DNA from: a virus
Lineage: Duplodnaviria > Caudoviricetes
Strand: one strand, 5' to 3'
Virus record (IMG/VR): IMGVR_UViG_3300021400_000252
Length of the DNA stretch: 64,000 nt
In this document: piece by piece, positions 1 to 9,067 of the stretch
Layout of the letters: the number at the start of each line of letters is the position of its first letter
Numbering within the stretch: position 1 is the stretch's first letter
The notes under the pieces: generated by a model
Seen by the model: only the letters and a program-made list of their open reading frames with translations
What the model was told of the DNA's origin: nothing
Databases searched by the model: none
Position numbers and translations under genes: made by a program

Positions 1-60
1 GAGAATTCAGAGCAAGATATGGAATTTGTAAAAGAATTTTTAAATAGAAATGAGAATTAA
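1..60 (+). CDS. 3' end of a gene truncated by the window edge
   Basis: Open frame 1 (ENSEQDMEFVKEFLNRNEN) ends TAA at 58-60, next ATG at 62. Confidence 0.6.
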   Translation, partial: ENSEQDMEFVKEFLNRNEN

Positions 61-61
61 A

Positions 62-316
62 ATGAATTACGACTTAAATGATAACACAAAAACAGTAGTA
101 ATAAAAGAAGGTGGCATTGGATTAGGTACAATAGGATTTTTTGTATTTATTGCTTTCTTAATTGTTAAACTTACTGCTAATCCAGTTTGGTTAACTTGGT
201 TTTGGGTTTGGTTTCCACTTTGGATTCCATGGGCAATTGCAGGAGCACTTATTATTGTAATACTTATTATTGCATTGATTGTAGGAATAATCGCAGCAAT
301 TACTGGAAATTTATAA
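62..316 (+). CDS. Small membrane protein (Trp-rich WLTWFWVWFPLWIP motif)
   Basis: Two hydrophobic segments; ATG at 62 follows upstream stop. Confidence 0.8.
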   Translation: MNYDLNDNTKTVVIKEGGIGLGTIGFFVFIAFLIVKLTANPVWLTWFWVWFPLWIPWAIAGALIIVILIIALIVGIIAAITGNL

Positions 317-327
317 CGTCTTTTAAA

Positions 328-352
328 AATAGGCAGCTTAGTGCTGCCTATT
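328..352 (+). terminator. Hairpin terminator followed by class A promoter motif (354-362)
   Basis: AATAGGCAGC-ttagt-GCTGCCTATT. Confidence 0.65.
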
Positions 353-387
353 ATTGTATAATATATTAATACAAGAGGTGAACATAT

Positions 388-684
388 GTGAGAAATATAA
401 TTACTTATAGAGCATATGAAAGAGCTCTAAAAGACATTCGTAAGATTAAAGGAACTAAAATTGATAAGGATCTAGACGGAATTATAGAAAAACTTATTAA
501 AGGAGAACATCCTGGAAATAAAGTCCATAACTTACAAAAAACTTCTGTTGCTAAGTCTGGATTAACTGGACTTAAAGAATTACATATCACAGGTGAATTA
601 TTGTTAATTTATAGACATATTAATAATAAACTAGAATTAGTTGATATTTGTAGAAATCATAAAGATTTAATGAAAAGATATTAG
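388..684 (+). CDS. RelE/YafQ-family mRNA interferase-like protein
   Basis: ELHITGELLLIYR...LELVDICRNHKDL matches the YafQ pattern ECHIxxDxLLIY...LxRxGxHxxL; GAGGTG RBS. Confidence 0.7.
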   Translation: MRNIITYRAYERALKDIRKIKGTKIDKDLDGIIEKLIKGEHPGNKVHNLQKTSVAKSGLTGLKELHITGELLLIYRHINNKLELVDICRNHKDLMKRY

Positions 685-693
685 GAGTAAAAT

Positions 694-1224
694 ATGAAGA
701 AAACTGTTATTATAAATTTATTTGCTGGACCTGGTGCTGGTAAGTCTACTGGAGCCACATATATTTTTTCTAAACTAAAGATGGCTGGAATTGATGCTGA
801 ATATATTTCAGAATTTGCCAAAGATAAGGTTTGGGAAGAGAACGATTTAGTATTTAAAAATCAATTTTATATTACTGGAAAACAAGCTTGGAAAATCGCA
901 AGATGTGATGGTAAAGTTGATGTTGCAGTAACAGATTCTCCAATATTATTAGGTGCAATGTATTGTAGTGATAATCCAGCATTAATTCCTGGAATTATGT
1001 ATGAATTTAATAAACACGAAAATATAAATCTTTTTATTAAAAGACGAAAAGAATATAATCCAAATGGTAGAAATCAAACAGAATCAGAAGCTAAATTAAT
1101 TGATACACAAATTATTAAACTTTTAAATGAAAATAATATTCCATTTACTGTTGTTGAAGGTACTGAAGATGGATATAACGAAATAGTTGAGAAGTTAATA
1201 AAAATGTTTAAAGATAAGGAGTAA
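694..1224 (+). CDS. P-loop kinase/ATPase (NadR/AAA_28-like)
   Basis: Walker A GPGAGKST, VTDSP, GRNQTE motifs. Confidence 0.75.
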   Translation: MKKTVIINLFAGPGAGKSTGATYIFSKLKMAGIDAEYISEFAKDKVWEENDLVFKNQFYITGKQAWKIARCDGKVDVAVTDSPILLGAMYCSDNPALIPGIMYEFNKHENINLFIKRRKEYNPNGRNQTESEAKLIDTQIIKLLNENNIPFTVVEGTEDGYNEIVEKLIKMFKDKE

Positions 1225-1227
1225 CTT

Positions 1228-3108
1228 ATGTGTAGTATATTTGGTTATATTTCACAAGACTCGACTAAAAATCTCTGGAGTAAATTAAAAACAGGTTTAG
1301 TTACTTTAGAATATAAAGGCCACGACATGACTGCCGTAGCTCTTTTTAATTCATCTAAGAAAAGAATTAATATTATTAAAGATAAAGGAACTGTTGCTGA
1401 GTTAGAATCAAAAATAGATTTGAAAGATCAAAATTTAATTGGTAATATTGGATTAGGATATGTAACTTGGGCTGATGATGAAAGTATTAGTGAAGCATCA
1501 AATCATTCAGATGATTATCTAGTAACTGGTATTTATAGTGGAAACATTAATAATTTAATAGATATTAAAGAAAGATTGCTTTCATATAATTATGCTTTTT
1601 ATTCAAAGTCTAATAATGAGATAATTTTAAATCTTATAGATTATTTTTATAAAAAATATAAAGATATAAATACTACTATTAGAAAAACATTATTAAGTAT
1701 TAATGGATCAATTGCATTAAGTGTAGTTTTTAAAGATGATTTAACTAAAATTTGGTTTGCTAAAAAAGAATCTTCATTAATTGTTGCATTAAATGAAAAA
1801 ACAAAAGAGTCTTATATATCTTCAGATACAATAGCATTGACTGATGATAATTTATTAGCATATCCATTAAGAACAAACGAATATGGATATATAAGCGCTA
1901 CAGAGACAAAGATATTTGATTTAAATGCTAATGATATAACTTCTGATAGACAACCATTTAATTTTTGTTCAATAAAGAGTGCTACAGGTCGTGGTAAATT
2001 TAAACATTATCTTATTAAAGAAATAGAAGAGACTCCAAAAGCTATTAAAAATACTCTTAATAAATATATAATAAATAAAGATATTGTTTTAGGAATACCT
2101 AATCAAATTTTAGTTAATACTGATGATGTTTATTTTATTGGAAGTGGTTCATCTTACAATGCAGGTTTAGTTGGTGAATATTTAACAAATAGATATTTTC
2201 ATTATTTTAATACTAAAACAATTTTAGCATCAGAGTTTATTTATAAGGCTGATCAATTAAAAAAAGAAAAATCTATTGCTATTTTCTTATCTCAATCTGG
2301 AGAAACTCAAGATACGTTAACTGCATTAGAATATTGTAAGTTATTAGAAATAAAAACACTCGCAATAACAAATGTTAAGACATCAAGATTAGCTTTTGAA
2401 GCTGATTATGTTTTATATACAGAAGCTTTTCCTGAAGTATCTCTTCCTACAACTAAATCATACTCTTGTCAATTAATTTTATTATACTTGATTGGTGCTA
2501 AAGTTAAGCATTTAAAATTATTACAAAAACGAGAATTAGATAAAAATTTTACAAATAAAATTCTAGATGATTATATTCAAGTTTTTAAAAGTATTCCAGC
2601 ATATATTGAAGATATCTTTAAAAATAGACTAGATGTTCAAAAACTTGCAACAACATTATCTGATAAACATGATATATATTTATTAGGTGGTGTAGATTTT
2701 CCAACATGTTGTGAAGGTGCTTTAAAATTAAAAGAAATTTGTGGAATTCATGCTGAAGCAATTCCAGCAGGAGAATTAAAACACGGTAGTTTATCTTTAA
2801 TTGATAAAAATACTTATTGTATTTTAATTAGTACTGGTGACACAAATGTCCATGAAATTTCTGCAGCCTCTGAAATTAAAGCTAGAGGAGGAAAACTAAT
2901 AGTAATTTCATCTAAAACTGAAAGAAATAAAATATTAAAAGAAACAACTGATCTTAATTTATTAATTCCAGAAATTATAAATGGATCACAATTTTTACAA
3001 TCTTTGACTATTATTTATTTACAATTACTTGCATATTATATCGCAATCCAAAAAGGAATCAATCCTGATAAACCAAGAAATCTAGCCAGAAGTGTTATAA
3101 TTGAATAA
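1228..3108 (+). CDS. glmS: GlmS-like glutamine-fructose-6-P aminotransferase homologue, catalytically divergent
   Basis: MCSIFG start, SQSGET, EGALKLKE, GELKHG, NPDKPRNLARSV; several catalytic residues altered (see findings). Confidence 0.85.
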   Translation: MCSIFGYISQDSTKNLWSKLKTGLVTLEYKGHDMTAVALFNSSKKRINIIKDKGTVAELESKIDLKDQNLIGNIGLGYVTWADDESISEASNHSDDYLVTGIYSGNINNLIDIKERLLSYNYAFYSKSNNEIILNLIDYFYKKYKDINTTIRKTLLSINGSIALSVVFKDDLTKIWFAKKESSLIVALNEKTKESYISSDTIALTDDNLLAYPLRTNEYGYISATETKIFDLNANDITSDRQPFNFCSIKSATGRGKFKHYLIKEIEETPKAIKNTLNKYIINKDIVLGIPNQILVNTDDVYFIGSGSSYNAGLVGEYLTNRYFHYFNTKTILASEFIYKADQLKKEKSIAIFLSQSGETQDTLTALEYCKLLEIKTLAITNVKTSRLAFEADYVLYTEAFPEVSLPTTKSYSCQLILLYLIGAKVKHLKLLQKRELDKNFTNKILDDYIQVFKSIPAYIEDIFKNRLDVQKLATTLSDKHDIYLLGGVDFPTCCEGALKLKEICGIHAEAIPAGELKHGSLSLIDKNTYCILISTGDTNVHEISAASEIKARGGKLIVISSKTERNKILKETTDLNLLIPEIINGSQFLQSLTIIYLQLLAYYIAIQKGINPDKPRNLARSVIIE

Positions 3109-3115
3109 TATATTT

Positions 3116-3124
3116 TGCTAAATT
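3116..3124 (+). promoter_or_regulatory. Class B motif TGCTAAATT (putative late promoter)
   Basis: One of 8 intergenic copies; immediately followed by a hairpin at 3125-3162. Confidence 0.55.
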
Positions 3125-3184
3125 AACTGATATATGTTTATAAAAGTATATATCAGTTTTTTGATGTAGGAGAATTTAATAGTT

Positions 3185-4045
3185 ATGACAAACGAACTTA
3201 TTTACACAGGTTGGAAGAGATGGGTTCCAACATTAGATGAATGGGCAGAGTTTTCAGTTAAGGCCTATTCACCTTATGAGTTGAAAGAAAATGAGTATTT
3301 GTTAGTATTCAATGAAGAAGATGGCAAAGAAAAACTTGCATCTCAATGGTGTTATGAAAACGGTAAATTAAGAAAGTTTGGAAGGGGATCAATCAATTTT
3401 AGAAGTAAAAAGAGCGCGGATAAAAATATATGTATAAAACCGAGAAATTCAGAACAAATCTGCGCAATTGATATGCTAAAAGACAGAGATAAAACTGTTA
3501 AATTATTAACTGGTACTTGAGGTACTGGTAAAACAATGTTATTAGTTACTGCTGCTTTAGAAGCATTAGAACAAAATGTTTTTGATAGAATTGTATGGAT
3601 TAGAAATAATGTTGATGTTAAAGATACTAAAGATTTAGGTGCTTTACCTGGTGAAGTTAATGATAAACTTATGCCATTTTTAGGACCTTTTATTGACCAC
3701 TGTGGTGAAGCAGGAGTTGAATGTATGCTTAGTAATGGAAAGCTTGTTATTGAACCATTACAGAGTCTTAGAGGACGTAATTTAGAAAGAACTTTAATTA
3801 TGTGTTCTGAAGCTGAAAACCTAACTAAAGAACATATTCAATTAATTATTGCAAGAGCAGCTGAAGGATCAGAAGTTTGGTTTGATGCAGATGTTCGACA
3901 AAGAGATAAAGCAATTTTTGAAAAATCAAAAGGTATCGAAACTATGATTGAGCGATTAAGTGGAAATCAACTATTTGGATATGTCCATTTAGTACAATCA
4001 GAAAGATCAAAAACCGCAGCATTAGCTGATTTATTAAATGATTAA
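3185..4045 (+). CDS. phoH: PhoH-family ATPase (TGA 3518-3520 read through)
   Basis: Walker A G-T-[TGA]-G-T-G-K-T, LGALPG, LRGR, EAENLT, ERS motifs; the two ORF-track pieces are in frame. Confidence 0.9.
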
Positions 4046-4068
4046 AAGAAGGAATAATAACAAAAATT

Positions 4069-4093
4069 AAACCGCATATTAGCGGTTTTTTTT
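4069..4093 (+). terminator. Rho-independent terminator followed by class A motif (4095-4103)
   Basis: AAACCGC-atatta-GCGGTTT plus T-tract. Confidence 0.8.
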
Positions 4094-4124
4094 GTTGTAT
4101 ATTATATTAATAGGAGATGATAGT

Positions 4125-4379
4125 ATGGCTAAAACTTATACAGAAAAAGAATTACAAACAATCTTAGAAAAAAATGGTAGCGATATTACTGTTAGTGAAT
4201 TAAATAAAAATAAAGTCTATATTTTTAGAATTAACAAAGAAGGCATGCCAATTAATAAAAAACACACTTTAGCAATTAATTTAAAAAACATGCTTGATAA
4301 AATCGGATTAAAAAGTATTATTTTATTAGATGATATAATTCAAGTTACTGAATTAGAGAGAGGTAAAGATAATGATTAA
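4125..4379 (+). CDS. Hypothetical protein
   Basis: AGGAG RBS before ATG 4125. Confidence 0.75.
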   Translation: MAKTYTEKELQTILEKNGSDITVSELNKNKVYIFRINKEGMPINKKHTLAINLKNMLDKIGLKSIILLDDIIQVTELERGKDND

Positions 4380-5337
4380 TATTAGAAGAAATTGTTTTGA
4401 AACAAATTCATCATCAATGCATAGTTTAGTTGTATCTAAGATTATTAAACCTTATACAGAAGATGAATTAGCTTTAGGATATAGCACTTGGGAAAAAGAA
4501 AGAAATAAAGATTTTGATCTATGGCATTGGATAGAACCTAGTGATATGACATATGAGAGAAGTCCATTCCAAGTATTACGAACTCCGTTAGATAAATTAA
4601 GATATTATGCTGCTTATACTTTAGGTACTTATAGAAAACCTAAAAAAGCTGATATAAAGAGAATCCAAGATTTTATTATGAAACAAACTGGAATTACCAA
4701 TAGAAAAAAGATTATTCTTTGTAAGGATGAGCGTGAATTCTATCATTATAAAGGATTTAAAAAGCATATTACTTATGGTGCTGTTTATTCAAATGATTCT
4801 GGCGAGGATCCAATGCATTATGTCGAAGTACACAATATCTCAATGGAAGATTTAATATTAAATCCTAAATACACAATTATTGTAGATGGTGATGAAAGTC
4901 AACTATTTAAATCATTATTTGATGCTGGAATTATTAATGCAGAGGATTTAGAAGATATTTCTTCTGGAACTGATTATTGGAATGATTCTGACATTCATGT
5001 TAGTGAGCATTCTCTTTACAATAGTTCAAAAGAAGAGATTGAAGCTCATATTAAAGAATCTATGCATCCATTAACTAAAACCATAACATTTAGTTTTGAG
5101 TTTTCTGATGATGAAGATAAATCTGGTATTGATAGAGATACTGTGGCAGAGTTTAATAATGATACTAAGTTAATCAAAGAATTAATTGATTATACTAGAA
5201 CATTATGTCCAAATATTAAGTCTGTATTCTGTGCTTACACATATTCAAGAGAAGATAAGATTACTATGAATGATCTAAAGGATTTAGATTTATCTATATT
5301 TGATACAATTAGGATTGATAATCGAGATGAGGAGTAA
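4372..5337 (+). CDS. FETNSSS-motif protein, long type (copy 1)
   Basis: Starts MINIRRNCFETNSSSMHSL. Confidence 0.85.
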   Translation: MINIRRNCFETNSSSMHSLVVSKIIKPYTEDELALGYSTWEKERNKDFDLWHWIEPSDMTYERSPFQVLRTPLDKLRYYAAYTLGTYRKPKKADIKRIQDFIMKQTGITNRKKIILCKDEREFYHYKGFKKHITYGAVYSNDSGEDPMHYVEVHNISMEDLILNPKYTIIVDGDESQLFKSLFDAGIINAEDLEDISSGTDYWNDSDIHVSEHSLYNSSKEEIEAHIKESMHPLTKTITFSFEFSDDEDKSGIDRDTVAEFNNDTKLIKELIDYTRTLCPNIKSVFCAYTYSREDKITMNDLKDLDLSIFDTIRIDNRDEE

Positions 5338-5343
5338 TATTTA

Positions 5344-5715
5344 ATGATAAATATTCGTAAAGGAACTTTTGAAACTAATAGTTCAAGTTCACATTCATTA
5401 GTTGTTTGTAATGAGGAAACTTGGTTAGATTTTGCAAGAGGTAAATTATTTTATAATACTTTACATGAGAGTAATGGTTTACCTGAGTTTTGTACTTTAA
5501 AAGATATTAAACTTCATATTAGAAGAATTTATAATTCTGTAAATAGAACTAAATTTGCAGACTTAGATATTGACGATGAAGCTAGAAAAGATGTATATCA
5601 TGGAATTAATGAGTTGTTATATTTTGAAGAAACATTCTACTCTATTGATGAGTTAGAGGAATATGATTATAATTCTGATAAGCAAGAAGCCTCATTAAGT
5701 TATTATTTTGGCTAG
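5344..5715 (+). CDS. FETNSSS-motif protein, short type (copy 2)
   Basis: Starts MINIRKGTFETNSSSSHSL. Confidence 0.85.
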   Translation: MINIRKGTFETNSSSSHSLVVCNEETWLDFARGKLFYNTLHESNGLPEFCTLKDIKLHIRRIYNSVNRTKFADLDIDDEARKDVYHGINELLYFEETFYSIDELEEYDYNSDKQEASLSYYFG

Positions 5716-5723
5716 GAGCTACT

Positions 5724-6158
5724 ATGATCGGAAAGATTTTACCTTATGAAGGAATATGAACAAGAGCAGAGGTTGAAGCAGATCCAGAGAATATTTATGT
5801 TTTTGGAGATAACTTAGCTGATGCTGAAACAGGATATGTTCCTTCTGTTACACAGGCAGTGATTAGGGGCTTACCAAATGCTTTTGGTATAATAACTAAG
5901 ATAGATAGAAAACTCTCACAAGAAAGTTTTTTAAATGATAGAAATTTTGGACAGTATAGATTCTATCTATACAATATACTTTTTAGTTTAAGAAATAAGT
6001 TAAAGGCTGGAAAAAATGTATATGTTCCAATGAAAGATGGACAAATTCTTTTAGGCACTGGAAAGGCACAAATGCCTGAAAAAGCTCCAATGTGTTTTGA
6101 ACTTTTATGTAAAACTTTTAATGAGTTATTTGATGAATTTGGAGATAAAAATGAATAA
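5724..6158 (+). CDS. Conserved phage protein with YVFGDN...QAxIRGxPNAxGIxTK motif (TGA 5757-5759 read through)
   Basis: AGGAG RBS, ATG 5724; GI[TGA]TRAEVEADPENIYVFGDN is in frame with the 5859 ORF. Confidence 0.8.
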
Positions 6159-7119
6159 AATAGAATTAAGAAAAAAGATCAGAAACAATTTAAATCACAT
6201 TATCGTACTAACAATACATCCTAGAATGGGATATGATTGTGAATTTGTAGATGACAAGCTAAGAGTAAATTATAAAACTATTGATGGTAAATTATATGCT
6301 TCTGATGAATTTACATTAGATGATTTTGGAGAAAAGTGGGATTTCGAGAAACCAGATATAGACGATTCTCTTAATGATGTAGATATAACTGCAGCTGAAT
6401 TAATTGAAATCACTAAGCAAGCTGAAGATGAAAAATATTCTAAACATAAGCAAGCAGTTGATGAATGCGTAAATGATATAAAAAGAGATGTGGCTCAACA
6501 TATTAGATTTGCAGCTATGAGTGGAGCATATTCATATACTCCACAAATTAATATAAAGGTTCGTAAATATATTAGAGAAAGAAGTCTTTGGGAAGAATTT
6601 GAAAAGGATTTTGAAAACACTGTTTACATGAGATTATGTGAATTTTATAATCCAAAAGGATTTACTGTATCACTTAATAAAGGTTATGCAGAAACCACAT
6701 TAGCAGTTTTAAGCTGGGATAGATCAAAAAGTGAAGCAGAAGATGAGTCTATTCAAACACCTACTCCAATTCAAACAAATGAAGATTTAAATAAGATCTT
6801 AAAAGATGCTTGTGGTGGAATTTCAAGAACTCCATTTGATTTACCACGTTATAATTTTCATAAAGCTGAAGGATTACATCCAGATTTAGTTTGTCCATAT
6901 TGTGGTGCTAGACATTATGAAGAAGGTGTAACAATGCAATCATTAGCTTATGTTCCAAGAATTTATAAAGATGGAATTTTACAAGATACTCCAAATCCTA
7001 ATTGGACAATAATACATTATCGTTGTTTAGAATGTGGAAAACAATTTGAAACAAAGAATGGTAAAATTCAAAAGATTGAAAATGTAGTCACAGCACAGGA
7101 TGGTGATATAAATGTATAA
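6151..7119 (+). CDS. Hypothetical protein with C-terminal zinc ribbon
   Basis: CPYC...CLECG; GGAG RBS before ATG 6151. Confidence 0.75.
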   Translation: MNKIELRKKIRNNLNHIIVLTIHPRMGYDCEFVDDKLRVNYKTIDGKLYASDEFTLDDFGEKWDFEKPDIDDSLNDVDITAAELIEITKQAEDEKYSKHKQAVDECVNDIKRDVAQHIRFAAMSGAYSYTPQINIKVRKYIRERSLWEEFEKDFENTVYMRLCEFYNPKGFTVSLNKGYAETTLAVLSWDRSKSEAEDESIQTPTPIQTNEDLNKILKDACGGISRTPFDLPRYNFHKAEGLHPDLVCPYCGARHYEEGVTMQSLAYVPRIYKDGILQDTPNPNWTIIHYRCLECGKQFETKNGKIQKIENVVTAQDGDINV

Positions 7120-7408
7120 AAATGAAATCAAAGAAATTAAAGATGATATTAAAGTTACCAAAATTATGTTTGTAATTCTTTGTATAATTATTTTAATTAC
7201 ACTGATAACATTCTTAATTCTAAATAAGTGTGGCGTTGTTAATGATACTACATTAAATTATGTAAGTACCGGTGCATTGTGTGGACTTATTTTTGGCACA
7301 TCAAATGCATATACAGACATCCAAAATGATAATGAAAAGATCGCTGACATACAACAAAAAGAAATTGAAGAGTTAGAGAATAAATTAAGTGAAAAAGAAG
7401 GAGATTAG
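7112..7408 (+). CDS. Small membrane protein
   Basis: Hydrophobic helix IMFVILCIIILITLITFLIL. Confidence 0.7.
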   Translation: MYKNEIKEIKDDIKVTKIMFVILCIIILITLITFLILNKCGVVNDTTLNYVSTGALCGLIFGTSNAYTDIQNDNEKIADIQQKEIEELENKLSEKEGD

Positions 7409-7409
7409 C

Positions 7410-8054
7410 ATGTTAAAAGTTAGAAATAGTGTATTTGAAACTAATTCAAGTTCATCACATGCTTTAGTTTATTCTCAAACTAACCAGAATAGAATTGAAT
7501 ATAAATTAGAAACTGATAATGGTGTTTTAACTATTCATTTTAGAGATTATGGTTGGTCAGGTCCTGAATCTTTTTATGGATTTGGTACTGATGATATATT
7601 AGCAAGTTCTAATGATAAGTTAGATTATGTCATGACTAGCTTATGTCGTCAGTTGAACTGGGGAGAAGAACACGATACTACTTATGATGAGGCTAAAGTA
7701 ATGATTGCTAATGGTGCTATTTATGAAAATGATGAAGCTAGAGCCTTATTAGAAAAAATTCAAGATTTATGTCCAGAAATTAAAGAAATTAAATTTGAAT
7801 TGAATGTAGATGAGTATGGAGATCCATTTGGAAGTATCGATCATGATAGTCAAGATTTATTAGATGATGAAGATTTAATTAAGGTTATATTTAATAAAGG
7901 ATGTTTGATAGTTATCGATAATGATAATTCAGATTATTATGATGCATTTAATCCAACATTAAAACCAGGACTAAATACTGGAGTGCAAGTATATGTTGGT
8001 AGTGACCATACTTGCTCAAAATATAATATCACAGAAGAGGATTTTGAAGAATAA
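7410..8054 (+). CDS. FETNSSS-motif protein, long type (copy 3)
   Basis: AAGGAG RBS; starts MLKVRNSVFETNSSSSHAL; contains GSIDHDS and VIDNDN. Confidence 0.85.
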   Translation: MLKVRNSVFETNSSSSHALVYSQTNQNRIEYKLETDNGVLTIHFRDYGWSGPESFYGFGTDDILASSNDKLDYVMTSLCRQLNWGEEHDTTYDEAKVMIANGAIYENDEARALLEKIQDLCPEIKEIKFELNVDEYGDPFGSIDHDSQDLLDDEDLIKVIFNKGCLIVIDNDNSDYYDAFNPTLKPGLNTGVQVYVGSDHTCSKYNITEEDFEE

Positions 8055-8560
8055 TGAGTAAACAATATAATGATTATATTATAGAACATGTAGAAAATGT
8101 TAAAAAAGCTTTTAAGTTTTTAAAAGATAATAAGATTATTACAAGCAAAGACTGCAATTTAGCTGCAGCAGAGAAGCAAATAGCACAGCATGATATGTCT
8201 AAGTGGACTGATGCTGAATATGATGCATATGATAAATACTTTTATAGTGAAAAGACTCAAAAAGTTAAAGATGACTTTGATTTAGCTTGGTTGCATCACC
8301 AACATGCAAATCCACATCATTGGCAACATTGGGTCTTAGTTCAAGACGATAATGGTGATAAAGCTTTAGAAATGCCGAGAGAAACAGCAGTAGAAATGCT
8401 TTGTGATTGGATGAGTTTTTCGTTTAAGGTTGATAAGTTAGACGAAGTATTAAGCTGGTATGATAGCCATAAAAAGACTATGATTTTACATAAAGAAACA
8501 AAGAAATTTGTTGAAGAAGTTTTAGACAAGTATAAGAAAGTCATTAAGGAGAAAAAATAA
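8054..8560 (+). CDS. HD-like metal-binding protein (DUF5662-like)
   Basis: HDMSK, HHQHANPHHWQHW, EMLCDW motifs. Confidence 0.75.
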   Translation: MSKQYNDYIIEHVENVKKAFKFLKDNKIITSKDCNLAAAEKQIAQHDMSKWTDAEYDAYDKYFYSEKTQKVKDDFDLAWLHHQHANPHHWQHWVLVQDDNGDKALEMPRETAVEMLCDWMSFSFKVDKLDEVLSWYDSHKKTMILHKETKKFVEEVLDKYKKVIKEKK

Positions 8561-9009
8561 TGTTACAAGTTAGAAAAAATACTTTTGAAACTAATAGTTC
8601 AAGTACTCATTCATTAATTATGTGTGAAGCTAGTGAATATAAGTTATTAGAAGACGAAGAAGCATTCTTAGTTGATGAGAAAGTAGTCTTAAAGGAAAAC
8701 TTATTTGATGCTTTAATCAATAATAGTGATTGGAATAAAGAAAAATGGGATAAGTATTGTACTGCATTAGGAAAAGATCCTGAAAGTCTTGAAGATCTAG
8801 TCGAGATGATTCAGCTTGATCCTAATGACTATTATGAAGAAGACGAAGATGAAGATGAGGATGCTAAACATAGACCATTTGATCGAAATGAAGTTTGTAC
8901 TTTAGATCAATTTTTAGATAACGAATATTTAGAAAGCTTTTCGCAAGAATACGAAACCAAATCCGGAGAAAAAATAATTGCTTTTGGTAATTATGGAGAA
9001 GAATATTAA
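8560..9009 (+). CDS. FETNSSS-motif protein, short type (copy 4)
   Basis: Starts MLQVRKNTFETNSSSTHSL; ends TKSGEKIIAFGNYGEEY. Confidence 0.85.
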   Translation: MLQVRKNTFETNSSSTHSLIMCEASEYKLLEDEEAFLVDEKVVLKENLFDALINNSDWNKEKWDKYCTALGKDPESLEDLVEMIQLDPNDYYEEDEDEDEDAKHRPFDRNEVCTLDQFLDNEYLESFSQEYETKSGEKIIAFGNYGEEY

Positions 9010-9013
9010 AATT

Positions 9014-9035
9014 GAGGCTAAATAGCCTCTTTTTT
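9014..9035 (+). terminator. Terminator followed by class A motif (9037-9045)
   Basis: GAGGCTA-aa-TAGCCTC plus T-tract. Confidence 0.7.
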
Positions 9036-9067
9036 ATTGTATTTTATATTATAAAGAGGTGAAATAG

